A stretch of DNA of 32,692 nucleotides from Thermoplasmatota archaeon (GTDB taxonomy: Archaea > Thermoplasmatota > Penumbrarchaeia > Penumbrarchaeales > Penumbrarchaeaceae), in assembly GCA_965234725.1 (NCBI GenBank), contig CBDDUX010000073.1, positions 1 through 32,692 of the forward strand. Direction: 5' to 3'. Below, one piece after another: positions 17,643 to 26,293 of the stretch (positions within the stretch are counted from its first letter, which is position 1; each line of letters starts with the position of its first letter). The position numbers were made by a program, and so were the translations under genes. The notes beneath the pieces were generated by a model, which saw only the letters and a list, made by a program, of their open reading frames with translations, ran no database searches and was not told where the DNA came from.

Positions 17643-19151
17643 ATGGACCTTCATGAACGAAAGAAGGACCGACGATCATGGACCGAAAAATATCGACCTG
17701 CCGATCTGGACCATCTCGTGGGCCACATAAAGGTCGTCGAGCAGATGAGAGCCTGGTCCAGGTCATGGGGGAATGGCCAGGTACCAAAGAAGAAAGGTCT
17801 TATCATTGAAGGAGAAGCAGGAATTGGTAAGACAACAGCCGCATTGGCCCTTGCCTCAGAGATGGGATGGGATGTAATTGAGCTCAATGCATCGGATTCC
17901 AGGAATCAGGATGCAATCAGGAACATGGCCACTCGCGGATCCATCTCCCATGATATCACTGACCTGCAAGGTTATGGGGAAGGTGAACATCACAAGTTGA
18001 AGTTGATCCTCCTTGACGAGGCCGATAACCTTTACGAAAGGAGCGCTTCGGCAGAAGAAGGGACCGATGTAGGTGATAAGGGTGGAAAAAGAGCCATCGT
18101 GGAACTGATCAAGATCACTAAACAGCCTGTTCTATTGATAGTTAACGACCTATACGGCCTGACCTCCGGGTCAGGTCAGTCCCTTAATTTCACATGCGAG
18201 AAGATAAAGTTCAGACGCCTTTCCGCTCCTTCCATCTCCAGAAGATTGAAGGAGATCTGTTCAATGGAGAATATCAGCTTCGAGGAGGAGGTGATCACCT
18301 CGATCGCTGAACGATCAGGAGGCGATATGAGATCAGCGGTTGGTGATCTCCAGATCATTTCCGCAGGGAAGGAGCGGATCACCATGCCCGATCTGGATGT
18401 CCTTGGTTACAGGGATATCAAGGAGAACATATTCGCTGTCCTGGACCGGTTATTTTCGGCACATTCTATCCGGGAATCGAGGGAAGCTCTCATGGAAGTG
18501 GATGAGGATATCAATTCTTTGAAGCTCTGGATCGCCCAGAATGTTCCTGTTGTAATGGATCATCCCGTGGATCTTGACCTCGCGTATGGTTTCCTGTCTA
18601 GATCGGATGTCTACCTTGGCCGTGTCAGGAGGAGACAGAATTACAAACTCTGGTCCTATGCAAAGGATATCCTGGCAGCCATACCTACTGCGAGAAAACA
18701 TTCGAACAGAAGGGGTGGAAGATATTCATTCCCATCCTACCTCAAAGCAATGTCGAAAACGAAAGATTCCAGGGCTAAGTTAAAGGAGACAGCATCGGCA
18801 ATTGGAAGTCTAACCCATACATCGATAAGATACCAGAAAGAGGATGCTATAGGACGGATCGGTCTGCTATGCCAGAGGGATCCGGAATTTGCCTCTCATC
18901 TGATGGCCGACACAGAGCTTTCAGGGGAACACCTATCACTCTTGACAGATGATAAGTTGAAGGATAGGGAGATAAAAGCCATAATGGACCAAGCTGCCTC
19001 CATCAGAGGGGATCGATCAGCTCCCAGGAACCTTCAGGGTGGTTTGATGGATTTTATTGAGAAAGAGGAGATCGTTGAAGAAAAGGAAGATGTCAGTGAA
19101 AATGATGAGGAGGCAAGAACCCCCCATCAAGCAAGTCTTTTCGAGTTTTGA
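17643..19151 (+). CDS. rfcL: Replication factor C large subunit
   Basis: WTEKYRP, Walker A GEAGIGKT, IELNASD, Walker B LLDEAD, GDMRSA, and a C-terminal PIP box QASLFEF. Confidence 0.96.
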   Translation: MDLHERKKDRRSWTEKYRPADLDHLVGHIKVVEQMRAWSRSWGNGQVPKKKGLIIEGEAGIGKTTAALALASEMGWDVIELNASDSRNQDAIRNMATRGSISHDITDLQGYGEGEHHKLKLILLDEADNLYERSASAEEGTDVGDKGGKRAIVELIKITKQPVLLIVNDLYGLTSGSGQSLNFTCEKIKFRRLSAPSISRRLKEICSMENISFEEEVITSIAERSGGDMRSAVGDLQIISAGKERITMPDLDVLGYRDIKENIFAVLDRLFSAHSIRESREALMEVDEDINSLKLWIAQNVPVVMDHPVDLDLAYGFLSRSDVYLGRVRRRQNYKLWSYAKDILAAIPTARKHSNRRGGRYSFPSYLKAMSKTKDSRAKLKETASAIGSLTHTSIRYQKEDAIGRIGLLCQRDPEFASHLMADTELSGEHLSLLTDDKLKDREIKAIMDQAASIRGDRSAPRNLQGGLMDFIEKEEIVEEKEDVSENDEEARTPHQASLFEF

Positions 19152-19153
19152 TC

Positions 19154-20455
19154 TTAAAGCTCCAGCTCCTCTATCTCCTCTGCTTGAAACCCGTCAGAAC
19201 CTCCGATAACAGAACGTTTGAAAAGGTTGAAATCCTTATTTTCCATCTCATCCTCATCAGGTTCTTCATCATCATCAATGACCCTTTCAAGCCTCTTCTC
19301 CTTTAACCGCTTCTTCCTCTCCTTATCCAGATCCTTCCAGGCGGACTTCTTATCTTTCTTATCCTGGATATCAGGCGGTAGCCTTGAGAATCTTCTTTTC
19401 CATTGGCGACTCCTGCGTCTCATGTATATCGAGATTACAGCGATCGCAATTACAATTATTATTAGAAGGGGGATATTTCCCGAGACGGTGTTCTTGACGT
19501 TCTCCAGCTTGAACCAGCTCTCCTTTTTCTCTGTTATCTCCAACGATTTCTGTGAGGACAGGTTCTCATCCATGGAGTATCCGAGGGATGCGAACACCTC
19601 ATATTTTCCGGGGCTGCTGCTCCTCTCCCAGTGTATCTCACGGGTGTAGTTCAAACTGTTCATCATGGAAGACATGTCATCCTGGGGGATCTTGACCCTT
19701 TCGATCTCCAGAGCGCTGTAAAGTCGTGTCCATGGCGCCATGAACGCATCCTTGTACTCCAGAATGACCTCCTTTTTGGTCATGTAAAGATTCCTTATCT
19801 CAAGTGAATTCGATGAGAAGGTGAAATGAGAATCATACCTTTCAGTGCCGAACCTAAGGGTGGCCCCTCCACCATTTGACTTTGCAGAGACCCTGAACAC
19901 CATCGACGTTCCCGACTCTATTGTTGTGTCATTCCCCGGTGGGAATGATCCTGTAGCTTTCAGGATGACATCTGTTCCCTCACGGATTGCGGTACCTCCC
20001 AAATTCAATTCCAGTAGGACCTCACTGCCCTTGAGGATCTCGAACTTGAATTGAGAGTTCGGTGAAGTACCGTCGGTCTCTTCCTTGTAAGCATAAGCTA
20101 TCACCTCGACAAATCCTCCCAGGTTGATCGGCTGTTTCAGAGGTTGTGTATACCATGATCCTACCGGTTTCCATTCGGTGCTGCCTATTGGTATGATCCC
20201 CAATCCCCTGAAACCGGACCTGATGAAACCGTTTGGGATCGAAATGGCCTGGTATTCATCCGTGGCAGGTTGATCGAGGGGATCAAGCTCCATACCCTCG
20301 CTCAAATGGAGGGTCATCTGATTGAGTTGTATGTCGGAAACCGTGTCCTGGCCGTCTGTCCCAGGGGGTGCAATGACGAAGGATACCGATAGGATTACAA
20401 TAAGAAGTGATATCGAAACCAATTGCCATGATCGGTCCTTAACCATTTCCATCAT
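19154..20455 (-). CDS. Uncharacterised type-I membrane protein (paralog A)
   Basis: Signal peptide, ~290-aa beta-rich ectodomain, single TM, basic then acidic cytoplasmic tail. Collinear with the adjacent ORF. Confidence 0.85.
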   Translation of the reverse strand: MMEMVKDRSWQLVSISLLIVILSVSFVIAPPGTDGQDTVSDIQLNQMTLHLSEGMELDPLDQPATDEYQAISIPNGFIRSGFRGLGIIPIGSTEWKPVGSWYTQPLKQPINLGGFVEVIAYAYKEETDGTSPNSQFKFEILKGSEVLLELNLGGTAIREGTDVILKATGSFPPGNDTTIESGTSMVFRVSAKSNGGGATLRFGTERYDSHFTFSSNSLEIRNLYMTKKEVILEYKDAFMAPWTRLYSALEIERVKIPQDDMSSMMNSLNYTREIHWERSSSPGKYEVFASLGYSMDENLSSQKSLEITEKKESWFKLENVKNTVSGNIPLLIIIVIAIAVISIYMRRRSRQWKRRFSRLPPDIQDKKDKKSAWKDLDKERKKRLKEKRLERVIDDDEEPDEDEMENKDFNLFKRSVIGGSDGFQAEEIEELEL

Positions 20456-20570
20456 CTCCCATGCTCCATAGCATCATTTACTTTGTCATCCTTTGATTTA
20501 TACTTTTTGGATTCGAAGTATCAAGGTTGGCAGATCTGAAGCGACTATCTATAAGAGTCGTTCAGATCGA

Positions 20571-21878
20571 TCACAGTTCAATGTCTTCCATATCTTCATC
20601 GGAAAGGAGCAACTCCGGATCTATTCGGGGCTCTCTAGTACTTCTTTTCTTCTTGAATATCCTGAACTCTCCATCATCCTCTACTTCTTCGAAATGGTTC
20701 TTCTCGATCACACGTGATTCTCGTTCATTTAACCTTCTCTCCTTTCTTCTCCTTTCCAACTCCTTCCATGAATCCTTTCTGGCTCCCTTATCATTCTTTT
20801 GGAGGCCCTGGGGCAGCCGCTTGAATCTCCCCTTCCAGAGAGTTTTTCTGTGTCTACCATACATGATTACCGATACCAGGAGCAGTATGATCAGGATCAC
20901 AATGCCCATATGACCTGTCACCAGGTTCCCTACGTTCTTCAATGCGAACCAGTCCTTCTTGTATTCCTTGATCTCCAGGAACCTCTGGTCCGAAATATTC
21001 TGTTCAGGCAGATAACCTATGGATATAAAAGCCTCGTAATCCCCTGGTTTGCTCTTAATCTCCCAATGCAGCTCCCTGGTCGTGTTCACCGAATTCATCA
21101 TAGATGTGACATCATCATTAGGAACAAGCTCCTTGTTGATATAGAGCTGAGCATGCAGTTTCGTCCAGGGAACCATGAACGCATCCTTGTATTCCAGAAC
21201 GAAATGGTTGCGGTTGATCATCATGTTCCTGATCTCCAAAGCATTGGATCCGAAGGATATTCCTGATGGATATGTTTTGGAACCGAACTTAAGTACAGCT
21301 CCACCTCCATTGCACCTTGCTGTGACGGTGATAGCAATGGATGTGCCTGCTTCTATTGTGGTATCATTTCCTGGGGGGAATGAACCCGCAATTTGGACAT
21401 TGGTATCCTGTCCTTCAGTGATCCTTACTCCCCCCAGATAAAGGTCTAAGAGGACCTCGTTACCTCTCTTTATCTCGAACCTGAAATCACAGGATGGGGA
21501 CCCATCGCCGGTGGTCTCCTTGAATGCAATTACATCCACCTGGGCCCTTCCTCCCAGATTGACCTTTTGTTTCAAGGGCTGGGTATACCATGTACCTACG
21601 GCTTTCCAGTATGTATGGCCCACCGGAAGGAGGTTGAAACCCCTGAACCCATCTTTGATAAAACCGTTAGGAATGGATACCGCCTGGTATTCGTCCGTAG
21701 TTTCTAGAGGTGCGGGATTCAATTCCATTCCCTGGATCATGAAAAGGTCCATCATGTTGAGCTCCATCGGACCAAGGTTCTGAGCCTCTGCAACCTCGGC
21801 AGTAGGGATAAGTACTCCGAGGAGGAGAACAATTGAAAGTGTTATAAGGACCGTCGAAGCCAAACCGTTAGTTCTCAT
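20571..21878 (-). CDS. Uncharacterised type-I membrane protein (paralog B)
   Basis: Start placed at MRTNGL after GGAGTGG. Same architecture as paralog A, with shared blocks WYTQPLKQ, GSFPPGNDTTIE and LEYKDAFM. Confidence 0.85.
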   Translation of the reverse strand: MRTNGLASTVLITLSIVLLLGVLIPTAEVAEAQNLGPMELNMMDLFMIQGMELNPAPLETTDEYQAVSIPNGFIKDGFRGFNLLPVGHTYWKAVGTWYTQPLKQKVNLGGRAQVDVIAFKETTGDGSPSCDFRFEIKRGNEVLLDLYLGGVRITEGQDTNVQIAGSFPPGNDTTIEAGTSIAITVTARCNGGGAVLKFGSKTYPSGISFGSNALEIRNMMINRNHFVLEYKDAFMVPWTKLHAQLYINKELVPNDDVTSMMNSVNTTRELHWEIKSKPGDYEAFISIGYLPEQNISDQRFLEIKEYKKDWFALKNVGNLVTGHMGIVILIILLLVSVIMYGRHRKTLWKGRFKRLPQGLQKNDKGARKDSWKELERRRKERRLNERESRVIEKNHFEEVEDDGEFRIFKKKRSTREPRIDPELLLSDEDMEDIEL

Positions 21879-22035
21879 TTTGTCCACTCCCAAACTCAGG
21901 TATTGGACCTGTGAATGAATTCTGGGGATAGGGCTCAATAAACTGGAAAGCCATATAAATTTTGTCGCTTCATACTAGAATTCCGAAGACTATTGTCACC
22001 GAAAGCGATTAATTGGTTTAGGCCCTCGAGGGACC

Positions 22036-22392
22036 ATGGTCCATGAGAACAGACGGAGATATATTGTCTTTCATATCACTTCCCCAACTGACATTGGCAA
22101 GGGTCTGGTCATCAAGCTGACACGGGAACAGACGAGGAGCCTCAGCCCCGATGATTTCAATATGATCAAACCCTGGTTCGTGTATTATCAGAACCAGTGG
22201 GGAATAGTCAGGACCGGTCATCGAGGATGCGGAAGGCTCGTGGAAATGTTGACATCCCTCGATGGCACCCAGTTAAGGGAGGGTTTGTTGAAGATCAGGG
22301 TAGTGGGAGTCTCAGGCACCTTGAGAGGAGCGTTCTACAAACATATCCCGGAAAAGGCCAGAGAGAACCTTCATTACAGAACAGGAGATTAG
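22036..22392 (+). CDS. rnp2: Ribonuclease P protein component 2 (Pop5/Rpp14)
   Basis: RRRYIVFHI...GIVR..H...VVGVSGTLR, in the canonical position upstream of psmA. Confidence 0.9.
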   Translation: MVHENRRRYIVFHITSPTDIGKGLVIKLTREQTRSLSPDDFNMIKPWFVYYQNQWGIVRTGHRGCGRLVEMLTSLDGTQLREGLLKIRVVGVSGTLRGAFYKHIPEKARENLHYRTGD

Positions 22393-22423
22393 GTCTTATC
22401 CCCCTTGTGCCTCCAAACCCAAT

Positions 22424-22434
22424 AAGTATATAAT
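22424..22434 (+). promoter_or_regulatory. Putative TATA box upstream of psmA
   Basis: AAGTATATAAT in the rnp2-psmA intergenic region. Confidence 0.45.
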
Positions 22435-22514
22435 TCATTATGAAACTCAGCATAAGTCGATTCGAAGGTTCGACCCCAACTTAACCCAACAGGGTGAAAA
22501 AGGAGGAACAAATC

Positions 22515-23234
22515 ATGCAGCCAGGAAATATGGCCTACGATAGAGCGATAACTGTATTCTCACCTGATGGAAGATTGTTCCAGGTCGAATATGCCCGGGA
22601 AGCCGTCAAAAGAGGTACCACAACAGTTGGTATGAAGTTCAAGGACGGAGCCATCCTCATCATTGACAAAAGGATCACCTCCCCACTCATTGAACCCACA
22701 TCGATCGAGAAGATATTCAAGATAGATGAGTTCATAGGTTGTGCAACATCAGGATTGGTCGCAGATGCCAGGGTTCTTGTGGACAGGGCAAGGGTCGAAT
22801 CACAGATCAACAAGATCACATACAGCGAAAGGATACCGGTGGATGTTCTCGTCAAGAAGATATGCGATTTCAAACAGAATTACACACAGTATGGCGGGGT
22901 CAGACCTTTCGGTACAGCCCTTCTCATCGCAGGTATCGATGATAAGGGAGTCCATCTTTACGAGACAGATCCCTCAGGGGCAATGATGTCTTACAAAGCT
23001 GGTTCCATCGGATCCGGTCGTTCTGTTGTCATGGAAATATTTGAGGATAAATATAAGGAGAACCTCACACAGGACCAGGCGATCGGATTGGGTCTAGAGG
23101 CTCTCTTGGGAGCTACGGAAGAGGGTAGCCTGAACACCCTTGCAGTTGAGATCGGCCTTGTGAAGGTAAAGGAACCATTCCAGAAAGTGGACACCAAGAA
23201 GGTGGCCAAATTCGTGGGTCAGGCAAAGAAGTGA
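22515..23234 (+). CDS. psmA: 20S proteasome subunit alpha
   Basis: [58 protein letters not shown]. Confidence 0.98.
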   Translation: MQPGNMAYDRAITVFSPDGRLFQVEYAREAVKRGTTTVGMKFKDGAILIIDKRITSPLIEPTSIEKIFKIDEFIGCATSGLVADARVLVDRARVESQINKITYSERIPVDVLVKKICDFKQNYTQYGGVRPFGTALLIAGIDDKGVHLYETDPSGAMMSYKAGSIGSGRSVVMEIFEDKYKENLTQDQAIGLGLEALLGATEEGSLNTLAVEIGLVKVKEPFQKVDTKKVAKFVGQAKK

Positions 23235-23248
23235 GGTGTGAGTGGACC

Positions 23249-23950
23249 ATGGTATCCCTGGACGATGCGGTTATCGCGAGGCTCGACAGGGAAGGAGAGA
23301 GGTTCGAGATCCTTGTGGACCCGGACCTGGCTCTTTCTTTCAGGGATGATGATGAAAAGTCCCCTGACGTGTCTGAAATACTTGCTGTTGAAGATATCTT
23401 TCTGGACGCCCATAAGGGTGACAGAGCACCTTCTGACCTTCTGATGAAGATCTTCAAGACCAACGATGTCAAGGAGATAGTGACCTTTATCATCCTTAAA
23501 GGAGAGATCCAACTCACAACAGAACAAAGAAAGAAGATGCAGGAAGAGAAGAGGAGGAAGATCGTATCACTCCTTGCCAGGAACTGCATCAATCCTGTCA
23601 ATAAGACACCGCATCCTCCCACAAGAATAGAGCTTGCAATGGAAGAGGCAAGGATAAGTGTGGACCCGTTCAAGAGTCCCGAAGCCCAGATCAATGACAT
23701 AATCAAACTTTTAAGGCCGATCCTTCCAATAAGGATGGAAATGGCCCAGATCGCGATCAAGGCCCAGGCATCCGATTACGGAAACCTCGTATCAGAGGTA
23801 AGGTCCTATGGAAAGGTCCTGAAGGAGGAATGGACCAAGGGTGGAGAATGGATCTGCCTGGTCGAGATCCCAGCAGGTCTCCAACTTGAATTCTACGATA
23901 TGGTCAATGGAAGGACCCACGGCCAAGCAGAGACGAAAATGATCAACTGA
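23249..23950 (+). CDS. sdo1: Ribosome maturation protein SBDS/Sdo1
   Basis: MVSLDDAVIARL...RFEILVDP, GEIQLTTEQR, PHPPTRIE.AMEEA. Synteny after psmA. Confidence 0.96.
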   Translation: MVSLDDAVIARLDREGERFEILVDPDLALSFRDDDEKSPDVSEILAVEDIFLDAHKGDRAPSDLLMKIFKTNDVKEIVTFIILKGEIQLTTEQRKKMQEEKRRKIVSLLARNCINPVNKTPHPPTRIELAMEEARISVDPFKSPEAQINDIIKLLRPILPIRMEMAQIAIKAQASDYGNLVSEVRSYGKVLKEEWTKGGEWICLVEIPAGLQLEFYDMVNGRTHGQAETKMIN

Positions 23951-23977
23951 CCACCCTTCTGGAGCCAGTTTGCGGAA

Positions 23978-23989
23978 CTTATATATAAG
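23978..23989 (+). promoter_or_regulatory. Putative TATA box upstream of rpl37ae
   Basis: Palindromic CTTATATATAAG preceded by GGAA, ~60 nt before the ATG. Confidence 0.55.
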
Positions 23990-24048
23990 GCAATCTAATG
24001 TAGGCACTCTCCCCGGGTATAGTACTGCCGAGGTCAGGGGGACCCCAT

Positions 24049-24309
24049 ATGAGCAGAAGAACTAAGAAGGTAGGAAGTTCGGGCAAGTTCGGTCCAAGGT
24101 ATGGACTTAGTGTAAAGAAGGCCATACGTACTATTGATCAGAACAAGAGGACCAGGTACCTCTGTCCGAGATGCACGAAGAAGAATGTTAAAAGGGTCTC
24201 TGCTGGCATATGGGAATGCAGGTCCTGCTCCCTCAAATTCGCAGGAGGAGCCTATTCTCCAAGGACCGGTAAGTTCAAGGCCTTAGAGAACCGCTTGTCG
24301 AGGTTATGA
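24049..24309 (+). CDS. rpl37ae: 50S ribosomal protein L37Ae (eL43)
   Basis: GKFGPRYG, CPRC...VKRVSAGIWECRSC..KFAGGAY.P. Confidence 0.97.
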   Translation: MSRRTKKVGSSGKFGPRYGLSVKKAIRTIDQNKRTRYLCPRCTKKNVKRVSAGIWECRSCSLKFAGGAYSPRTGKFKALENRLSRL

Positions 24310-24310
24310 G

Positions 24311-24445
24311 ATGTACAGATGCGGTAGATGCGGAGAGAAACTGGTGACCGAGTTCAGTCCCATCGGCATCCAGTGCTCCAAATGCGGGTACAAGATCTTC
24401 TACAAAGAGAGACCGAACAGGAAAAAGGTCCTCTCTACGAAGTGA
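24311..24445 (+). CDS. rpoP: DNA-directed RNA polymerase subunit P (Rpo12)
   Basis: Translated by hand (below the ORF-track cutoff): MYRCGRCGEKLVTEFSPIGIQCSKCGYKIFYKERPNRKKVLSTK. Canonical position after rpl37ae. Confidence 0.95.
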   Translation: MYRCGRCGEKLVTEFSPIGIQCSKCGYKIFYKERPNRKKVLSTK

Positions 24446-24458
24446 GGAGTGGTACCGG

Positions 24459-24701
24459 GTGGAAGCCCTGGTTGAGATATGGATGGACCTTTCTCCGGAT
24501 AGATCCATTATTGTATCAGAATCAATGAGGATCGAGTCTGTATCCTCTCCTCCGGGAGGGGTGGTCGAGGTTAATGGAACTGGAAGCCCTGGCGAACCGT
24601 TCATGATGATGTCATCTTCAGACCTATCCACGACGAGGGCCATGCTCAATTCTTATATGGGACTGCTCTCCGTTGCCCTGAAAGCTTCCTTGAATAGGTG
24701 A
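24459..24701 (+). CDS. pcc1: KEOPS complex subunit Pcc1
   Basis: C-terminal SSDLSTTRAMLNSYMGLLSVA matches the Pcc1 helix. Lies between rpoP and pfdB. Confidence 0.8.
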   Translation: MEALVEIWMDLSPDRSIIVSESMRIESVSSPPGGVVEVNGTGSPGEPFMMMSSSDLSTTRAMLNSYMGLLSVALKASLNR

Positions 24702-24749
24702 AAACATATTTATCGACCTTGGTAATAGGAGACGAAAGGTGGCAGCTAC

Positions 24750-25094
24750 ATGGCATACCAGTTCCCAAAGGAATTGCAGGAAAAACTTGCAAACTTCGAA
24801 CAGCTAAAGTCACAGCTTCAGATCGTCATTTCCCAGAAAGGAGAAATTGAGGTCAGGAAGAAAGAGATGGATTCATCCATTGAGGCCCTCAAGAAGGGTG
24901 GAGACGGGGATGTTTTCCGAAGGGTGGGTGATATCCTTATCAAAGTATCCGATAAAGAGTCCCTCATCCGTGAACTTGAGGAGGAATCGGAGACCCTCGG
25001 GGTCAGGGTGAAGTCTCTTGCCTCCCAGGAGAAGAGTGCAAGGGAGCTTTACGAAAAAATGGGTAACGAGATCAACGAAGCCCTAAAGGGATGA
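24750..25094 (+). CDS. pfdB: Prefoldin beta subunit
   Basis: Coiled coils flanking the VFRRVGDILIK hairpin; synteny. Confidence 0.93.
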   Translation: MAYQFPKELQEKLANFEQLKSQLQIVISQKGEIEVRKKEMDSSIEALKKGGDGDVFRRVGDILIKVSDKESLIRELEEESETLGVRVKSLASQEKSARELYEKMGNEINEALKG

Positions 25095-26293
25095 TCATGT
25101 CGGAACAGCCAGGAAGGCTGCCGGCCCTTTCTCAGGTCGGGTGGACGTTTGGAAGGGGATACCTTCCTTTTCCTGCTGACAGGGACCTAATGTGGGATAT
25201 TGTCTCTGATATCATGGACTCATCTCAAGATGGTGTTATGGTCCTTGCTCATCACAACGCTGACCTGGATGCAGTCGCAACTGCACTTGTTCTGAAATGG
25301 ACATTTCCCTGGGTGAGATTGGGGGCTTTCAGGTCTATTTCCCAACCTGGAAGGAAGCTGTTGACATTCTTCGATATGGAAATGGAGGTAGACCCCGACC
25401 TAAAGGACATCTCACTTCTGATAATGGTTGATTCATCATCACCTATGCAGGTGATAGATGGTGAACCTTCGGAGTGGCCGAAGTTCAGGGTGATCGATCA
25501 CCATCAAGATAATTCTCACTGGGAGGGACATCAATACATAGACGATACCAAGGGTGCCTGTGTCGAAATTGCCCTCCAGATGGCCATGCTAACAAACTCT
25601 CCTTTGACCATTAAAATGGCCATGGTGGGAATTGCAGGGATCGTTGCAGATACTGGAAAGTACAGGTTCGCCTCACCTGTGGATCTCGAGGTCACCTCTT
25701 TTCTTTTGAGTGGTTCCGATACCACAATGGAGGATGTTCTTTCGGTGATAGAGGGTGAGGACTACTTCGACGTATCCAAGAAAGTGGCCCAGCTCAAGGC
25801 CATGAGACGGGTCCAATACCAGAAAGTTGGAGACCAGATCGTGGCAGTTTCCAGGGTCAATTCTTTCGAAGCTGCTGCTTGCAGGACCCTTCTGGTGGCT
25901 GGTGCGGACGTTTCTTTCGTATCGGCAGATAAAAAGGATGAGCTAAGGGTCTCCGCAAGGGCAAAACCGCACATACTCAAGCTTGGCGTCCATCTCGGAC
26001 AGTTCATGGAGATGATCGGAAACCTTACGAACAACCAGGGAGGGGGTCATGATGGTGCAGCTGGTTTGAACGGGAAAGGTGATCCGGATGAGGTCCTAAA
26101 CCTGTGCCTGAGGGAGATGTCAAAACTGCTTAGCACCAAGCTAGGAGTAGAGACTCCCCAATGGAGGAACGGTGGAAGATCACATAGGTCCGGTGGAAGG
26201 GACCGAAGGAGGGGCAGATCTGGGAATGGACCTCCGGTCAAGAGGGGTGAGGATAATACCCCCTCGGATCAGGGACCGGAACCCGAGGGATAA
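25091..26293 (+). CDS. DHH/DHHA1 family phosphoesterase
   Basis: HHNADLDA, MVD, IDHH, DTG, RVSAR, GGGHDGAAG. Usual position after pfdB. Confidence 0.92.
   Translation: MIMSEQPGRLPALSQVGWTFGRGYLPFPADRDLMWDIVSDIMDSSQDGVMVLAHHNADLDAVATALVLKWTFPWVRLGAFRSISQPGRKLLTFFDMEMEVDPDLKDISLLIMVDSSSPMQVIDGEPSEWPKFRVIDHHQDNSHWEGHQYIDDTKGACVEIALQMAMLTNSPLTIKMAMVGIAGIVADTGKYRFASPVDLEVTSFLLSGSDTTMEDVLSVIEGEDYFDVSKKVAQLKAMRRVQYQKVGDQIVAVSRVNSFEAAACRTLLVAGADVSFVSADKKDELRVSARAKPHILKLGVHLGQFMEMIGNLTNNQGGGHDGAAGLNGKGDPDEVLNLCLREMSKLLSTKLGVETPQWRNGGRSHRSGGRDRRRGRSGNGPPVKRGEDNTPSDQGPEPEG

Noticed and set aside
19154..19180. Paralog C-termini as proteasome-docking HbYX motifs, given proximity to psmA
   Set aside because: They end in LEL/IEL with no penultimate Tyr, and are transcribed divergently from the psmA operon.
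23113..23760. 215-aa antisense ORF, and many similar Ser/Ile-rich antisense ORFs in the track
   Set aside because: These are codon-bias shadows of psmA, SBDS and other real genes.
24328..24528. 66-aa ORF from the track
   Set aside because: Wrong frame; the real gene is rpoP at 24311-24445.
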